Positions 20,699 through 29,609 of a DNA stretch of 64,000 bases are shown one piece after another. A program made the translations under genes and the position numbers. Each line of letters opens with the position of its first letter. Within the stretch, counting starts at the first letter, position 1. A model generated the notes under the pieces. The model worked only from the letters and a program-made list of their open reading frames with translations, had not been told where the DNA came from and made no database searches. This stretch comes from an uncultured Eubacteriales bacterium. Lineage in GTDB: Bacteria; Acidobacteriota; Aminicenantia; Aminicenantales; Saccharicenantaceae. The stretch lies in contig CAZNPB010000001.1 of the NCBI GenBank assembly GCA_964574895.1, positions 18,665 through 82,664 on the forward strand, written 5' to 3'.

Positions 20699-23482
20699 TC
20701 AATAACGGGGGTCGGCGACGACGGTCCCGGTGGTCGACAGGGACCTGCCGTCGACCGTCAGGACGATCCTGTACTTGCCGGGCGGCATCGGGAACGAGGC
20801 GAAGCCCGTGTCGCCCATGGCCCCGCCATAACCGGCTTCGCGGGCCCGGCGGGCGCGGTCCTGGGCGGCCTTCTTCTCGTCGGCCGTCCGCTCGCGCCTC
20901 CCGGTCATGTTCCAGTACACGGTGTTCAGGCCGATCTCCGAGGTGGCCGCGATCTCGTTGACGAGCAGGCTGCCGGCGAAGACCTCGATCTTGAGGCCCT
21001 GCTTGGGCTTGGCCTTCAGCAGGTAGGACACGGCCATCCCGGCCGGCTGGCTCGGTCCGGCGAAATTGGCGCTGCCCGAGACGCGGCGGTCCCGGCCGAT
21101 CCAGCGGATCTTGGGACCCGCCGGGAACAGGAAGGCGTCCTGGGCCAGCGCCTGGGGCGTCAGGGCCTCGAGAGGCCGGATAGCGGCGATGTAGGCGCCG
21201 CGGCCGTGGGTGGCGATGATGAGGTCGGATTCCCGGGGCTGGATCTTGAGGTCGAGGACGGGCTGGGTCGGCATCCCGGCGCCCATCTTGAGCCAGTTCC
21301 GGCCGGCGTCGATCGAGACGTAGACGCCGAAGTCCGTGCCGGCGAACAGAAGGGCGGGGTTCCGGGGGTCCTCGAGGACGACGTTGACCGGACCCTCGGC
21401 GAGCCCGCCGGCCAGGGACGTCCAGGTCGCGCCGTAGTCGGAGGTCTTATAGAGGAAGGGGCGGAAATCGTCGTTCCGCAGGCCAGTGAAGGCCACGTAG
21501 GCCGTGGCCGGGTCGGTCGGCGAAGCGGCCACCCGGCTGACCCAATATTCGGGCCGGCCGGGGATGCGGTCGTTGAGCTTGGTCCAGGCCTTGCCGTTGT
21601 CCCGGGTCATCCAGACGTTGCCGTCGTCGGTCCCGGCCCAGAGCAGCCCCGGCACGGCCGGCGATTCGTCGAAGGTCGTGATGGTGCAGTATTGGATGTT
21701 GCCGTCGCCGCCTTTGCCCCCGACCGGCCGCTTGGCCGGATCGTTCGTCGTCAGGTCGGGGCTGATCTCGGTCCAGGTCTCGCCCCGGTTGGCGGACATG
21801 ACGACGATGTTGCCGCAATGGTAGACCGTCTCGTGGGCGTGGGCCGAGACGAGGATGGGCGCGCACCAGTTCCAGCGCGTCTCCGGTTTCTGGCGCTGGT
21901 AGGCGATGCTCTTGGCCTCGCCGGTCACGAGGTCGATCCGCGTCAGCGGCCCGAACTGGGACTCGTTGTAGAGGGTCCGGTTGGTGACCCGGTCGAAGAC
22001 GTTGTACATGCCGTCGCCGCCGTCCAGATCGAACCAGTCCTCCAGCCGAATGGCGGGCGCCGCGCCGCCCCCTTCGCCGTACCCTCCCCCGCTCCCGACC
22101 CGGGTGCTGGGGCCCATGAGATTGCCGTTGTCCTGCAGGCCGCCGGCGACGCGGTACGGATACGACATGTCGTAATCGATGGCGTAGAACTGGGCCAGGG
22201 GCAGGTTGTCGGGGTGGTACCAGTTCTTGCCGCCGTCCCAGGTCACGCCCAGGCCGTGATCGTAGCCGAGCAGCATGTGCCGGCTGTCGGCCGGATCGAT
22301 CCACAGGGCGTGGTTGTCGCCGCCGAAGCGGAATGGGCTCGCCCAGGACTTGCCGGCGTCCTTGCTGGCCAGGACGCCGACGCTCAGGATGTAGACCGTG
22401 TCGGCGTCGTTGGGGTCGACGACGATCTGGCCGTAGTAGTAGCCGGGATTGCCGCCGATCGACCTCTTCTCGGGGCTGACCTTGGCCCAGGTGGCCCCGG
22501 CGTCGGCCGAACGGTAGATCTCGCCGTCGATCATCCCCTCGCTGGACTTCCCGGCCAGGACCTCCTGGAACCGCTCCTCGGGGGACATCCCGGGCTTATT
22601 GGCGTTCTCGATCTCGGCGTAGACGATCTTCGGGTCCTGCGGGGACACGGCCAGGCCGATGCGCCCGAGGACGCCCGAGGGCAGGCCGTTCGTCAGCCGG
22701 GTCCAGGTGCGGCCGCCGTCGACGGTCTTGTGGACGCCCGAGCCCGGGCCGCCGACGCCCCACATCCAGGGCCGGCGGAAGCGGTCGTAGGTCGCCGCGT
22801 AAAGCGTCTCCGGGTCGCCGGGATCCATGACCAGGTCGACCGCTCCGACGTCCCGGCCGTCCACGGAAACGGCCAGGACCCGGGTCCAGGTCTTGCCGCC
22901 GTCGGCGGTCTTGTAAACCCCCCGGTCGGGATTCCCGGAGTAAAGATGGCCGAGAGCGGCCACATAGGCGACGTCGGGGTCCTTGGGATGGACGACGATG
23001 CGGCCGATGTGGTGGGACTCCGGCAGGCCGACGTTCGTCCAGGTCTTCCCGGCGTCGACCGATCTGTAGACGCCGTCGCCCCAATAGGTCGAGCGCGAGT
23101 TGTTGGCCTCGCCCGAGCCGAGGTAGAGGATGTCGGGGTTCGACGGGGCCACGGCGATGTCGCCGATCGAAAAGACCTTTTCGTGCTCGAACAGCGGCTC
23201 GAAGGTCTGGCCGTTGTTCTCGGTCTTCCACAGGCCGCCGGAGGCCGAGGCCGCGTAGAACGTGTTCGGCCGCCCGGCCGGAACGGCGAAATCGACGAAC
23301 CGCCCGCTCTGCCGGGTCGGACCGATGGCCCGGGCCCCGAGGCCTTTCAGGACCAAGGCCGGATCGAGACCGGCCGGGGCCTTGGCCGGGACGGCGCCCG
23401 GGGCGGCGGGGCCCGGAGCGGCGGCGGCAACGGCCGCGATCGACATCAGGACGAGCAGGGGGAGCAGGCGCTGACGGTTCAT
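20699..23482 (-). CDS. Secreted BNR/Asp-box repeat protein (sortilin/VPS10- or GH74-like double beta-propeller)
   Basis: Signal peptide. About 10 Asp-box motifs SxDxGxTW (SVDAGKTWT, TADGGKTWT, TVDGGRTWT, SKDAGKSWA, TRDNGKAWT, TSDYGATWT, SIDAGRNWL ...). Confidence 0.85.
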   Translation of the reverse strand: MNRQRLLPLLVLMSIAAVAAAAPGPAAPGAVPAKAPAGLDPALVLKGLGARAIGPTRQSGRFVDFAVPAGRPNTFYAASASGGLWKTENNGQTFEPLFEHEKVFSIGDIAVAPSNPDILYLGSGEANNSRSTYWGDGVYRSVDAGKTWTNVGLPESHHIGRIVVHPKDPDVAYVAALGHLYSGNPDRGVYKTADGGKTWTRVLAVSVDGRDVGAVDLVMDPGDPETLYAATYDRFRRPWMWGVGGPGSGVHKTVDGGRTWTRLTNGLPSGVLGRIGLAVSPQDPKIVYAEIENANKPGMSPEERFQEVLAGKSSEGMIDGEIYRSADAGATWAKVSPEKRSIGGNPGYYYGQIVVDPNDADTVYILSVGVLASKDAGKSWASPFRFGGDNHALWIDPADSRHMLLGYDHGLGVTWDGGKNWYHPDNLPLAQFYAIDYDMSYPYRVAGGLQDNGNLMGPSTRVGSGGGYGEGGGAAPAIRLEDWFDLDGGDGMYNVFDRVTNRTLYNESQFGPLTRIDLVTGEAKSIAYQRQKPETRWNWCAPILVSAHAHETVYHCGNIVVMSANRGETWTEISPDLTTNDPAKRPVGGKGGDGNIQYCTITTFDESPAVPGLLWAGTDDGNVWMTRDNGKAWTKLNDRIPGRPEYWVSRVAASPTDPATAYVAFTGLRNDDFRPFLYKTSDYGATWTSLAGGLAEGPVNVVLEDPRNPALLFAGTDFGVYVSIDAGRNWLKMGAGMPTQPVLDLKIQPRESDLIIATHGRGAYIAAIRPLEALTPQALAQDAFLFPAGPKIRWIGRDRRVSGSANFAGPSQPAGMAVSYLLKAKPKQGLKIEVFAGSLLVNEIAATSEIGLNTVYWNMTGRRERTADEKKAAQDRARRAREAGYGGAMGDTGFASFPMPPGKYRIVLTVDGRSLSTTGTVVADPRY

Positions 23483-23500
23483 CGGAGCCTCCTTAGGAGA

Positions 23501-24622
23501 TCAATTCTCGGTCATCCGGTAGACGACCCCGCGGGCCGCCAGGTCGGCCAGGACCGCCCGGAAGACGCCTTCGTCGGCGCCCAGGACCTCGGGCGGCAGG
23601 ACGCCCGCCGGCCCGATCCGGCCGGCCAGCATCAGGCGGGCCGCGGCCGCGGCCGGAAAGCCGGTCGTCCGGGCCATCGACGAAAAGCCGGACTTGCGGT
23701 CGCGGCGGTCGAACAGGTCGTATTGGATGCGCCGGGGGCGGCCCTCGGCCAGGCCCTCGACGACGATGCGCATGACCGTGAACTCGTCGTCCTTTTCGTG
23801 GAGGTGCCAGTGTTTGAACAGGATGGCCGAGGTGACATCCAGAGGCCTGACCTTGCAGCCCCGGACGTCGATCTCCTTGTCGCCGAAGAAGCCGCTGTCG
23901 CGCAGGGCCCGGATGTGCTCGACGTGGCCCGGATAACGGAGAGTCTTCTCGATCATGTTCGGGACCTTGATCGTCGTCAGCAGGGAGCGCAGGCCGTCGG
24001 AGTTGAAGGCCTCGAGGGTGCCGATCTCCGGGAAATCCATGTGTTCGACGTCCGACAGGGCCGGTCTGACGACGAGGTGGCCGTTCTCGATATAGCGGGC
24101 CGGCCGGGTGTACTCTTCGATGACGTCGGCCGGCGAGAAGGGCGCCTTGTATTCGAAGGGGAACTCGCGGCGGAAGGGCAGGCCGCCGACGTAGCAGGCG
24201 AAGCGCTCCACCGACATGCGCGCGGCGTGGTACCCCAGGATCATGTTGTCCATGCCCGGGGCGACGCCGCAGTCGACCACGGCCGTGACCCCGGCCGCCC
24301 GGGCGGCGCCGTCCAGGGCCAGGGCGTCCTCCGGGAAGAACGAGATGTCGACGGCGTTCTTGCCGGCGGCGATGATCTCGCGCAGAGTGGCGAAGCCCAT
24401 GGAGCCCGGCACGGCCCCGACGACGAGGTCGGCGGCGGCGATGGCGGAGCGGACCGCGGCCGGCGACGACAGGTCGGCCTGGGCGGTCCGGACGGCCGTG
24501 CCCTCGAGCTTGGCCAGGTTGTGGCGGCTGACGTCGACGGACGTGACTTCGAATTCGGAGGCCAGGTCGAGGGCCATGACGCGGCCGACCATACCCGCCC
24601 CGAGTACGACGATCTTCTTCAT
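23501..24622 (-). CDS. Saccharopine dehydrogenase-family NAD(P)-binding oxidoreductase
   Basis: N-terminal Rossmann MKKIVVLGAGMVGRV. Length and C-terminal domain are typical of the Sacchrp_dh family. The substrate cannot be determined. Confidence 0.75.
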   Translation of the reverse strand: MKKIVVLGAGMVGRVMALDLASEFEVTSVDVSRHNLAKLEGTAVRTAQADLSSPAAVRSAIAAADLVVGAVPGSMGFATLREIIAAGKNAVDISFFPEDALALDGAARAAGVTAVVDCGVAPGMDNMILGYHAARMSVERFACYVGGLPFRREFPFEYKAPFSPADVIEEYTRPARYIENGHLVVRPALSDVEHMDFPEIGTLEAFNSDGLRSLLTTIKVPNMIEKTLRYPGHVEHIRALRDSGFFGDKEIDVRGCKVRPLDVTSAILFKHWHLHEKDDEFTVMRIVVEGLAEGRPRRIQYDLFDRRDRKSGFSSMARTTGFPAAAAARLMLAGRIGPAGVLPPEVLGADEGVFRAVLADLAARGVVYRMTEN

Positions 24623-24658
24623 GATCTCCTCACGAATGTCCTGCGGCTCGGAACAGGA

Positions 24659-24687
24659 GTTATAACCCAGGCCGGGCCGACTTTCAA
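24659..24687 (-). promoter_or_regulatory. Candidate promoter TTGAAA-17-TATAAC for the saccharopine-DH-family gene
   Basis: On the minus strand, ttgaaa is at 24687..24682 and tataac at 24664..24659. The leader carries a GAGGAG RBS. Confidence 0.4.
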
Positions 24688-24688
24688 C

Positions 24689-25828
24689 TCAGGCGAAGCT
24701 TTCGGCTTCGACGACCTCGGCCAGGATGGCCACGTTCCCGGGCGGCGTCGCCGGGGCGATCGAACAGGCCGTGCTCAAAATGTACCGTCCGCAGGGGCCC
24801 CCGATCGCCAGCCGACGCCGGGCGTCGGCCCGGACCGCGTCGGGTCCGGCCGCCAGCAGGACGTGGACCGGATCGATGTTGCCCTTGATGAAGATCCGGC
24901 CGCCGACGCGCCGCACGGCGTCCCCGAGGTCGACCCGGCCGAGCGGCGGCGGGTCCAGGCATTCGATCCCGGACGCCCCCGAGCCGGCCATCAGCTCGAG
25001 CCGGTCGTGAACGTCGCCGCAGGTGTGGAGGTACGCCCGGGCGCCGCGGGACTCGACGGTCCGGGCGACCCGGCTTTCGTACGGCAGGACGAAGCGCCGG
25101 TAGAAGGCGGTCGAGCAGAATCCCGCCCCGGCGAAGGGCGACGAGATCTTGACCGCGTCGGCGCCGGCCGCGACCAGGCCCTCGGCCAGGACGGCGATCC
25201 CGGAGGTGAAGCGGTCGAGCACGGCCGCCGCCCGGCCGGGGTCGTCGACGAAGCCGAGCATGGCCGCTTCGAAGCCGAAGAGATCGAGGACGTAGTCGAG
25301 GGGCGAGGTCACTTCGCCGTGAATGGAGACGTCCCGGCCGGCCGCCCGGACGGTCCGCTCGACCGATCCGAACAGCCGCTCCGGGTCGAGCTCGAAGCGC
25401 AGTCCCTGCGATACGGGGATATAGGCCGGCCGGTCCGGGAGGGAAGACGGGTCGAAGCCGTCGAACTCCGGCCGGGCCGGGGGCCGGGCCGGACGGGCCA
25501 GGGGCAGGTCGTCGGCCGGGAAAAAGGCCTCGTCCCCGTTCTTCCAGCGCACCCGTTCCCCCCGGGGGCCCCTGGTGACGGACAGGATGGCGGTTTCCCA
25601 ATCGGGAGAATGGCCATGCAGGCTGACGAGGATCCCGTCGAAGCGGTAGCGCGCCCGAAGGGCCAACAGGCCGGCCACATAGTCGTCCGCCGAGAGCCAG
25701 AAGCGCGAGGGCGAGACGCCCAGCTGCCGCACCATGTGGCCGACGCTCATCTGGCACATGACCGGCACGCGGTCGGGGCGGCACGCCGCGCCGGACATGG
25801 CCGCGGCCATCCTCTCCTTAGGCGTCAC
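24689..25828 (-). CDS. Uroporphyrinogen decarboxylase (URO-D) family protein (MtaA/CmuA-like fold)
   Basis: Overall similarity by eye to URO-D-family TIM barrels. There is no tetrapyrrole or corrinoid context. Confidence 0.6.
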   Translation of the reverse strand: MTPKERMAAAMSGAACRPDRVPVMCQMSVGHMVRQLGVSPSRFWLSADDYVAGLLALRARYRFDGILVSLHGHSPDWETAILSVTRGPRGERVRWKNGDEAFFPADDLPLARPARPPARPEFDGFDPSSLPDRPAYIPVSQGLRFELDPERLFGSVERTVRAAGRDVSIHGEVTSPLDYVLDLFGFEAAMLGFVDDPGRAAAVLDRFTSGIAVLAEGLVAAGADAVKISSPFAGAGFCSTAFYRRFVLPYESRVARTVESRGARAYLHTCGDVHDRLELMAGSGASGIECLDPPPLGRVDLGDAVRRVGGRIFIKGNIDPVHVLLAAGPDAVRADARRRLAIGGPCGRYILSTACSIAPATPPGNVAILAEVVEAESFA

Positions 25829-25891
25829 GCCGGATCTCCTTTCCGCCGGACCGCCGCCGGGGGTCGGGCCGGGCCGCCCCCCTCCCCCGCC

Positions 25892-26290
25892 CTACTTCAG
25901 CTCGGAAGTGCAGTGCGGGCAGCGGACGGCCTTGATCGGGACGGCCGTGGCGCAGAAGGGGCAGTCCTTCGTCGTCGGCGCGGCGGCCGGGGCCTCGGCC
26001 TTCTTCTGGAGCCGGTTCATGGCCCGGATGATCAGGAACAGGCAGAAGGCGACGATGAGGAAGGTGATGATGGTGTTGACGAATTTGCCGTAGTTCAGGG
26101 TCACCGAATCCGACAAGGCCACCGACAGCTTGGAAAAATCGACCTTGCCGAGTAGCAGGCCGATCGGCGGCATCAGCACGTCGGCGACGAGCGAGGAGAC
26201 GATGGCGCCGAAGGCGCCGCCCAGGATGATGCCCACGGCCATGTCGAGGACGGAGCCGCGCATGGCGAATTCCTTGAATTCTTTGAACAT
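25892..26290 (-). CDS. mscL: Large-conductance mechanosensitive channel with C-terminal zinc-ribbon extension
   Basis: Canonical N-terminus [45 protein letters not shown]-terminal [23 protein letters not shown]. Confidence 0.9.
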   Translation of the reverse strand: MFKEFKEFAMRGSVLDMAVGIILGGAFGAIVSSLVADVLMPPIGLLLGKVDFSKLSVALSDSVTLNYGKFVNTIITFLIVAFCLFLIIRAMNRLQKKAEAPAAAPTTKDCPFCATAVPIKAVRCPHCTSELK

Positions 26291-26346
26291 CCGGACCTCC
26301 TTTTACGGTACTCCCGCTTCCTTATAACGGAAGGACCGGGGCCGAG

Positions 26347-28374
26347 TCAATCCAAAACGGTCGGGAAGACGGAGATCCGCAGCCGGGCGCAGCCCATGGG
26401 GATGAGATCGACCTCTTCGACCGGGCCCGCGCCGGCGACGGGGCTGGCCGGGATCCGGCCGACCATCCGCCCGTCTTCGCGCCACGACGGGACGCGACGG
26501 GCCCGGGCTTTCAGGACGATCGGCGCCGACTCGGGCGAGAACGGCTGGAACGGGAGCGAGGTCCGGGCGGCGACGCGGAGGCCCGGACCGGCCGCCTTGT
26601 CCCCGAGGACCAGGCCGTAGTTCCACGGCGACGCCGGCAGGAGCTCCAGGGCCGGCCATTCCTCGGTGCCGCCGTATCGCGACCAGGTCTCCCCGATCCG
26701 CAGGGCGTACCAGAGGGGGCCGCGGCGGACCGACACGGCCCCGCGGAGGGTCGGCCAGGCCACGATCTCGATCGGCGCGGCGAACTCGATCAGCACCTGG
26801 TCCCCGTGGCGCCAGGTCCGGCGCAGGGCGGCGTAGCCGCCGCCGGCGAACTCCCGGCCGACCGGCCGGCCGTTGACCGAGATGCGCACCGATCCGGCCC
26901 AGCCCGGCAGGCGGAGGTAGAGCGGGAACGCGACCGGGCGCTCGCAGGCGAGCGACAACCGGATCTGGTCCTCGAAGGGATAGGCGCAGTCCTCGGAGAT
27001 CTCGACTTCGGCCCCCTCGGCCACCTTGGCCCGGACGGCCGACGGGGCGTAGAGGACCGCCGCCAGGCCGTTGTCGGCCGTGGCCATCCAGAGGTGCTCG
27101 GCGAAATAGGGCCAGCCGAAGGCGACGTTGTGCTGGCAGCAGCGGTAGCTCCAGGGATCGTACGAGACGAGCGTCCCCGTGTTCTGGAAATCGTGATCGC
27201 CGCTGCGGTCGCAGGAGACGAGGTTGGCCGCGGTAAGGTAATGGAGACCCTTGAGGTCCGCCGTCATGGACGCGGGCAGGGAGTTGAAGGCCACCTCCTC
27301 GGCCCGGTCGGCCCAGACGGGGTCGCCCGAGATCCGGAGCAGGGACTCGCAGCTGGCCATGAACTCGACCATGGTGCAGGTCTCGGCGCCCTGGCGCGGG
27401 TCGTCGAAGCCGGGCCGGATATTCTCGTCCGCGCCGAACAGGCCGCCGGGCTGGCGGCCGTAGGCGGAGAGGACCTGGCGGTAATTGCGCTCGACCGTCT
27501 CGAGCAGGCGCCGGTCGCCGCTCTGTTGATAGAAGACGGCCGGATAACGGAACCCCATGGCGATGTTGACCCCGTGATAGAACGAGCTCTCGACCCAGTC
27601 CTTGTCCCGGGCCGGGCTCAAGATCGGCGCGGCCCAATCCGCCGTCCGGGCGTTCAGGCGCTTGGCCAGATCGAGGAGGAAGCTCTCCCCCGTCCGGTTG
27701 TAGAGCCAATAGACGCTCTCCAGGTTCTCCCCGCCGCGCAGCTTCTGCCAGCTGCCCGGCAGAAGGGTCTGGACCGGCAGATGGAACTCGTACTGGAAAT
27801 AGCGGCTCATCAGGGACAGGACCCGGCGGTCCCCGGTGGATTCGTAATAGCTCTGAAGCGAGGCCAGCATGACCATGTTCGGCCACAGGTCGTTGGCCCC
27901 GCGGTTGTCGGCCGGGCCGAAATAGCCGTCCCGGGCTTGGGACTTGAAGGCCTGCTGCAGCCAGCGCTCGGTCTCCCGGACCATGGCCGCGTCCTTGAGG
28001 AGGTAGCCGAGGTCGCCATAGCCCTTGAGCCAATAGGGCATCTCTTCCCAACCCTGCCCCTTGAGGGTCATCCAACCGCTGTCGTCCCCGAGGAAGCGGC
28101 TGATCTCGGCCAGCCGGCCGGTGAAGCCGTCCCGCATGAGCTCGAGCTGGGCCATGAGCCAGCCCCGCGGCTCGACGGCGCCGATGGGCAGCTTGACCAG
28201 CGGGCTGACGGTCAGGGGCGGCCGGTTCGAGGGATAATGGGCGTTCGGCGACGAGGCCGGCGGCGCGGCGACGGCGACGGCCTCCGGGGGGACGAGCGTC
28301 TCCGGCGTCGAGCCGACCCGGGCCTGGAGCAGCACGAGCGCCAGGAAGAGCGCCGGAATGACGAGGTGCTTCAT
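26347..28374 (-). CDS. Glycoside hydrolase family 127-like (DUF1680, beta-L-arabinofuranosidase type), secreted
   Basis: Signal peptide. The E-x-C (AETCTMVEF) and CC (SYRCCQHN) motifs resemble the HypBA1 Cys/Zn site. Confidence 0.65.
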   Translation of the reverse strand: MKHLVIPALFLALVLLQARVGSTPETLVPPEAVAVAAPPASSPNAHYPSNRPPLTVSPLVKLPIGAVEPRGWLMAQLELMRDGFTGRLAEISRFLGDDSGWMTLKGQGWEEMPYWLKGYGDLGYLLKDAAMVRETERWLQQAFKSQARDGYFGPADNRGANDLWPNMVMLASLQSYYESTGDRRVLSLMSRYFQYEFHLPVQTLLPGSWQKLRGGENLESVYWLYNRTGESFLLDLAKRLNARTADWAAPILSPARDKDWVESSFYHGVNIAMGFRYPAVFYQQSGDRRLLETVERNYRQVLSAYGRQPGGLFGADENIRPGFDDPRQGAETCTMVEFMASCESLLRISGDPVWADRAEEVAFNSLPASMTADLKGLHYLTAANLVSCDRSGDHDFQNTGTLVSYDPWSYRCCQHNVAFGWPYFAEHLWMATADNGLAAVLYAPSAVRAKVAEGAEVEISEDCAYPFEDQIRLSLACERPVAFPLYLRLPGWAGSVRISVNGRPVGREFAGGGYAALRRTWRHGDQVLIEFAAPIEIVAWPTLRGAVSVRRGPLWYALRIGETWSRYGGTEEWPALELLPASPWNYGLVLGDKAAGPGLRVAARTSLPFQPFSPESAPIVLKARARRVPSWREDGRMVGRIPASPVAGAGPVEEVDLIPMGCARLRISVFPTVLD

Positions 28375-28413
28375 GGAGGCCCTCCGCGACCCGGGTTGCG
28401 CCCGGCGTCCGGG

Positions 28414-29496
28414 CTAACGGCGCTGGGCCTTGATCGTTTCGTGGGTCGTCCGCTCGTAAATATAGGGTTTCGCCGCGTCGTAGTCAATTTTGCCCTCGCG
28501 GCAGAGCTTGATCAGCGCCTGGTCCATGGTCTGCATGCCCTCGGCCGCCGAGGTCTGGATGGTCTGGTAGATGGCCTCGACCTTGCCGGCCCGGATGTTG
28601 TTGCGGACGGCGGCGTTGGCGGACATCAGCTCGCAGACGGCCACGCGGCCCGAGCCGTCCCGGCGCGGCAGGAGGACCTGGGAGACGACCCCCAGAAGGG
28701 TCGAGGCCAGCTGGGTCCGGACCTGGGGCTGCTGGTCCGTCGGGAAGACGTCGACGATGCGGCTGACGGTCTGGGCGGCGCTGGCCGTGTGCAGCGTGCC
28801 GAAGACGAGGTGGCCCGTCTCGGCCGAGGTGATGGCGATGCCGATCGTCTCGTAATCCCGCATCTCCCCGACCAGGATGACGTCGGGGTCCTGGCGCAGG
28901 GCGTATTTCAGGGCGTTGCGAAAGGACAGGGTATCCCCCGTCGCGCCGACCTCGCGCTGGGTGACATAGGACATCTTGGAATTGTGGATGTACTCGATCG
29001 GGTCCTCGATCGTCAGGATGTGGTCGCGGCGGGTCCGGTTGATGGTGTCGACCAGGGCGGCCAGGGTCGTGGATTTGCCGGAGCCCGTCGGCCCGGTGAC
29101 CAGGACCAGGCCCTTCTTGGCCTTGGTGAATTCGGTCGCCGCCGCGGGCAATCCGAGCTCCTCCAGGCTGGGGATGCGGTCGGCCAGGGCCCGCACGGCC
29201 GCCGCGACGCTGCCCCGGCTGAGGTGGATGTTGACGCGGAAACGGCCGACGCCCGCGATGCCGTAGCCGAAATCGAGCTCGTTGCGGCTGGCGGGGTCGT
29301 TGAGGAACATGTTCTGCTGGTGGGTCGTCAGCGCCGCGAAGAGGAACTCGCGGAGGCTGTCCGGCGTGAACCGCTCCAGGTCGTCCTGGGCCACCAGCTC
29401 GCCGTGGACGCGCAGCGCGGGCTGCTGGCCGGCGATGAGGTGGAGGTCGGAGGCCTTGCGCTCGACCATGCGCTTGAGAAGGTCGTTGAAGGTCAT
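28414..29496 (-). CDS. pilT: Type IV pilus retraction ATPase PilT
   Basis: Walker A GPTGSGKSTTLAA, Asp/His boxes, and the PilT-typical AIRNLIRE-like AVRNNIRAGK. 360 aa. No other pilus genes are nearby. Confidence 0.9.
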   Translation of the reverse strand: MTFNDLLKRMVERKASDLHLIAGQQPALRVHGELVAQDDLERFTPDSLREFLFAALTTHQQNMFLNDPASRNELDFGYGIAGVGRFRVNIHLSRGSVAAAVRALADRIPSLEELGLPAAATEFTKAKKGLVLVTGPTGSGKSTTLAALVDTINRTRRDHILTIEDPIEYIHNSKMSYVTQREVGATGDTLSFRNALKYALRQDPDVILVGEMRDYETIGIAITSAETGHLVFGTLHTASAAQTVSRIVDVFPTDQQPQVRTQLASTLLGVVSQVLLPRRDGSGRVAVCELMSANAAVRNNIRAGKVEAIYQTIQTSAAEGMQTMDQALIKLCREGKIDYDAAKPYIYERTTHETIKAQRR

Positions 29497-29609
29497 GGCT
29501 CCTGCCTTTCCCGAAGAGGGGGAGCATATCCGGGGCGGCGGCTCAGGCGCAACACCGCCCGGGATGAAATCCTCTTCACCCTTCGGGAGGAGGGGCCGCG
29601 GCCCGGGGC

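Noticed and set aside
21206-26155. 1649-aa ORF on the plus strand. Similar giant ORFs occur at 1361..3331, 6461..8659, 26806..29628, 29667..32489, 50208..53444 and 56550..60392 (upstream part).
   Set aside because: These are Arg/Gly/Pro/Ala/Asp-rich, low-complexity translations with no motifs. They lie antisense to, or out of frame with, genes that have clear family signatures. They are typical shadow ORFs of a ~70% GC genome.
29497-29609. Possible third copy of the 67-nt intergenic element (ctccccctcttcggg...)
   Set aside because: The similarity is limited to ~12 nt of GC-rich sequence and the flanks do not align.
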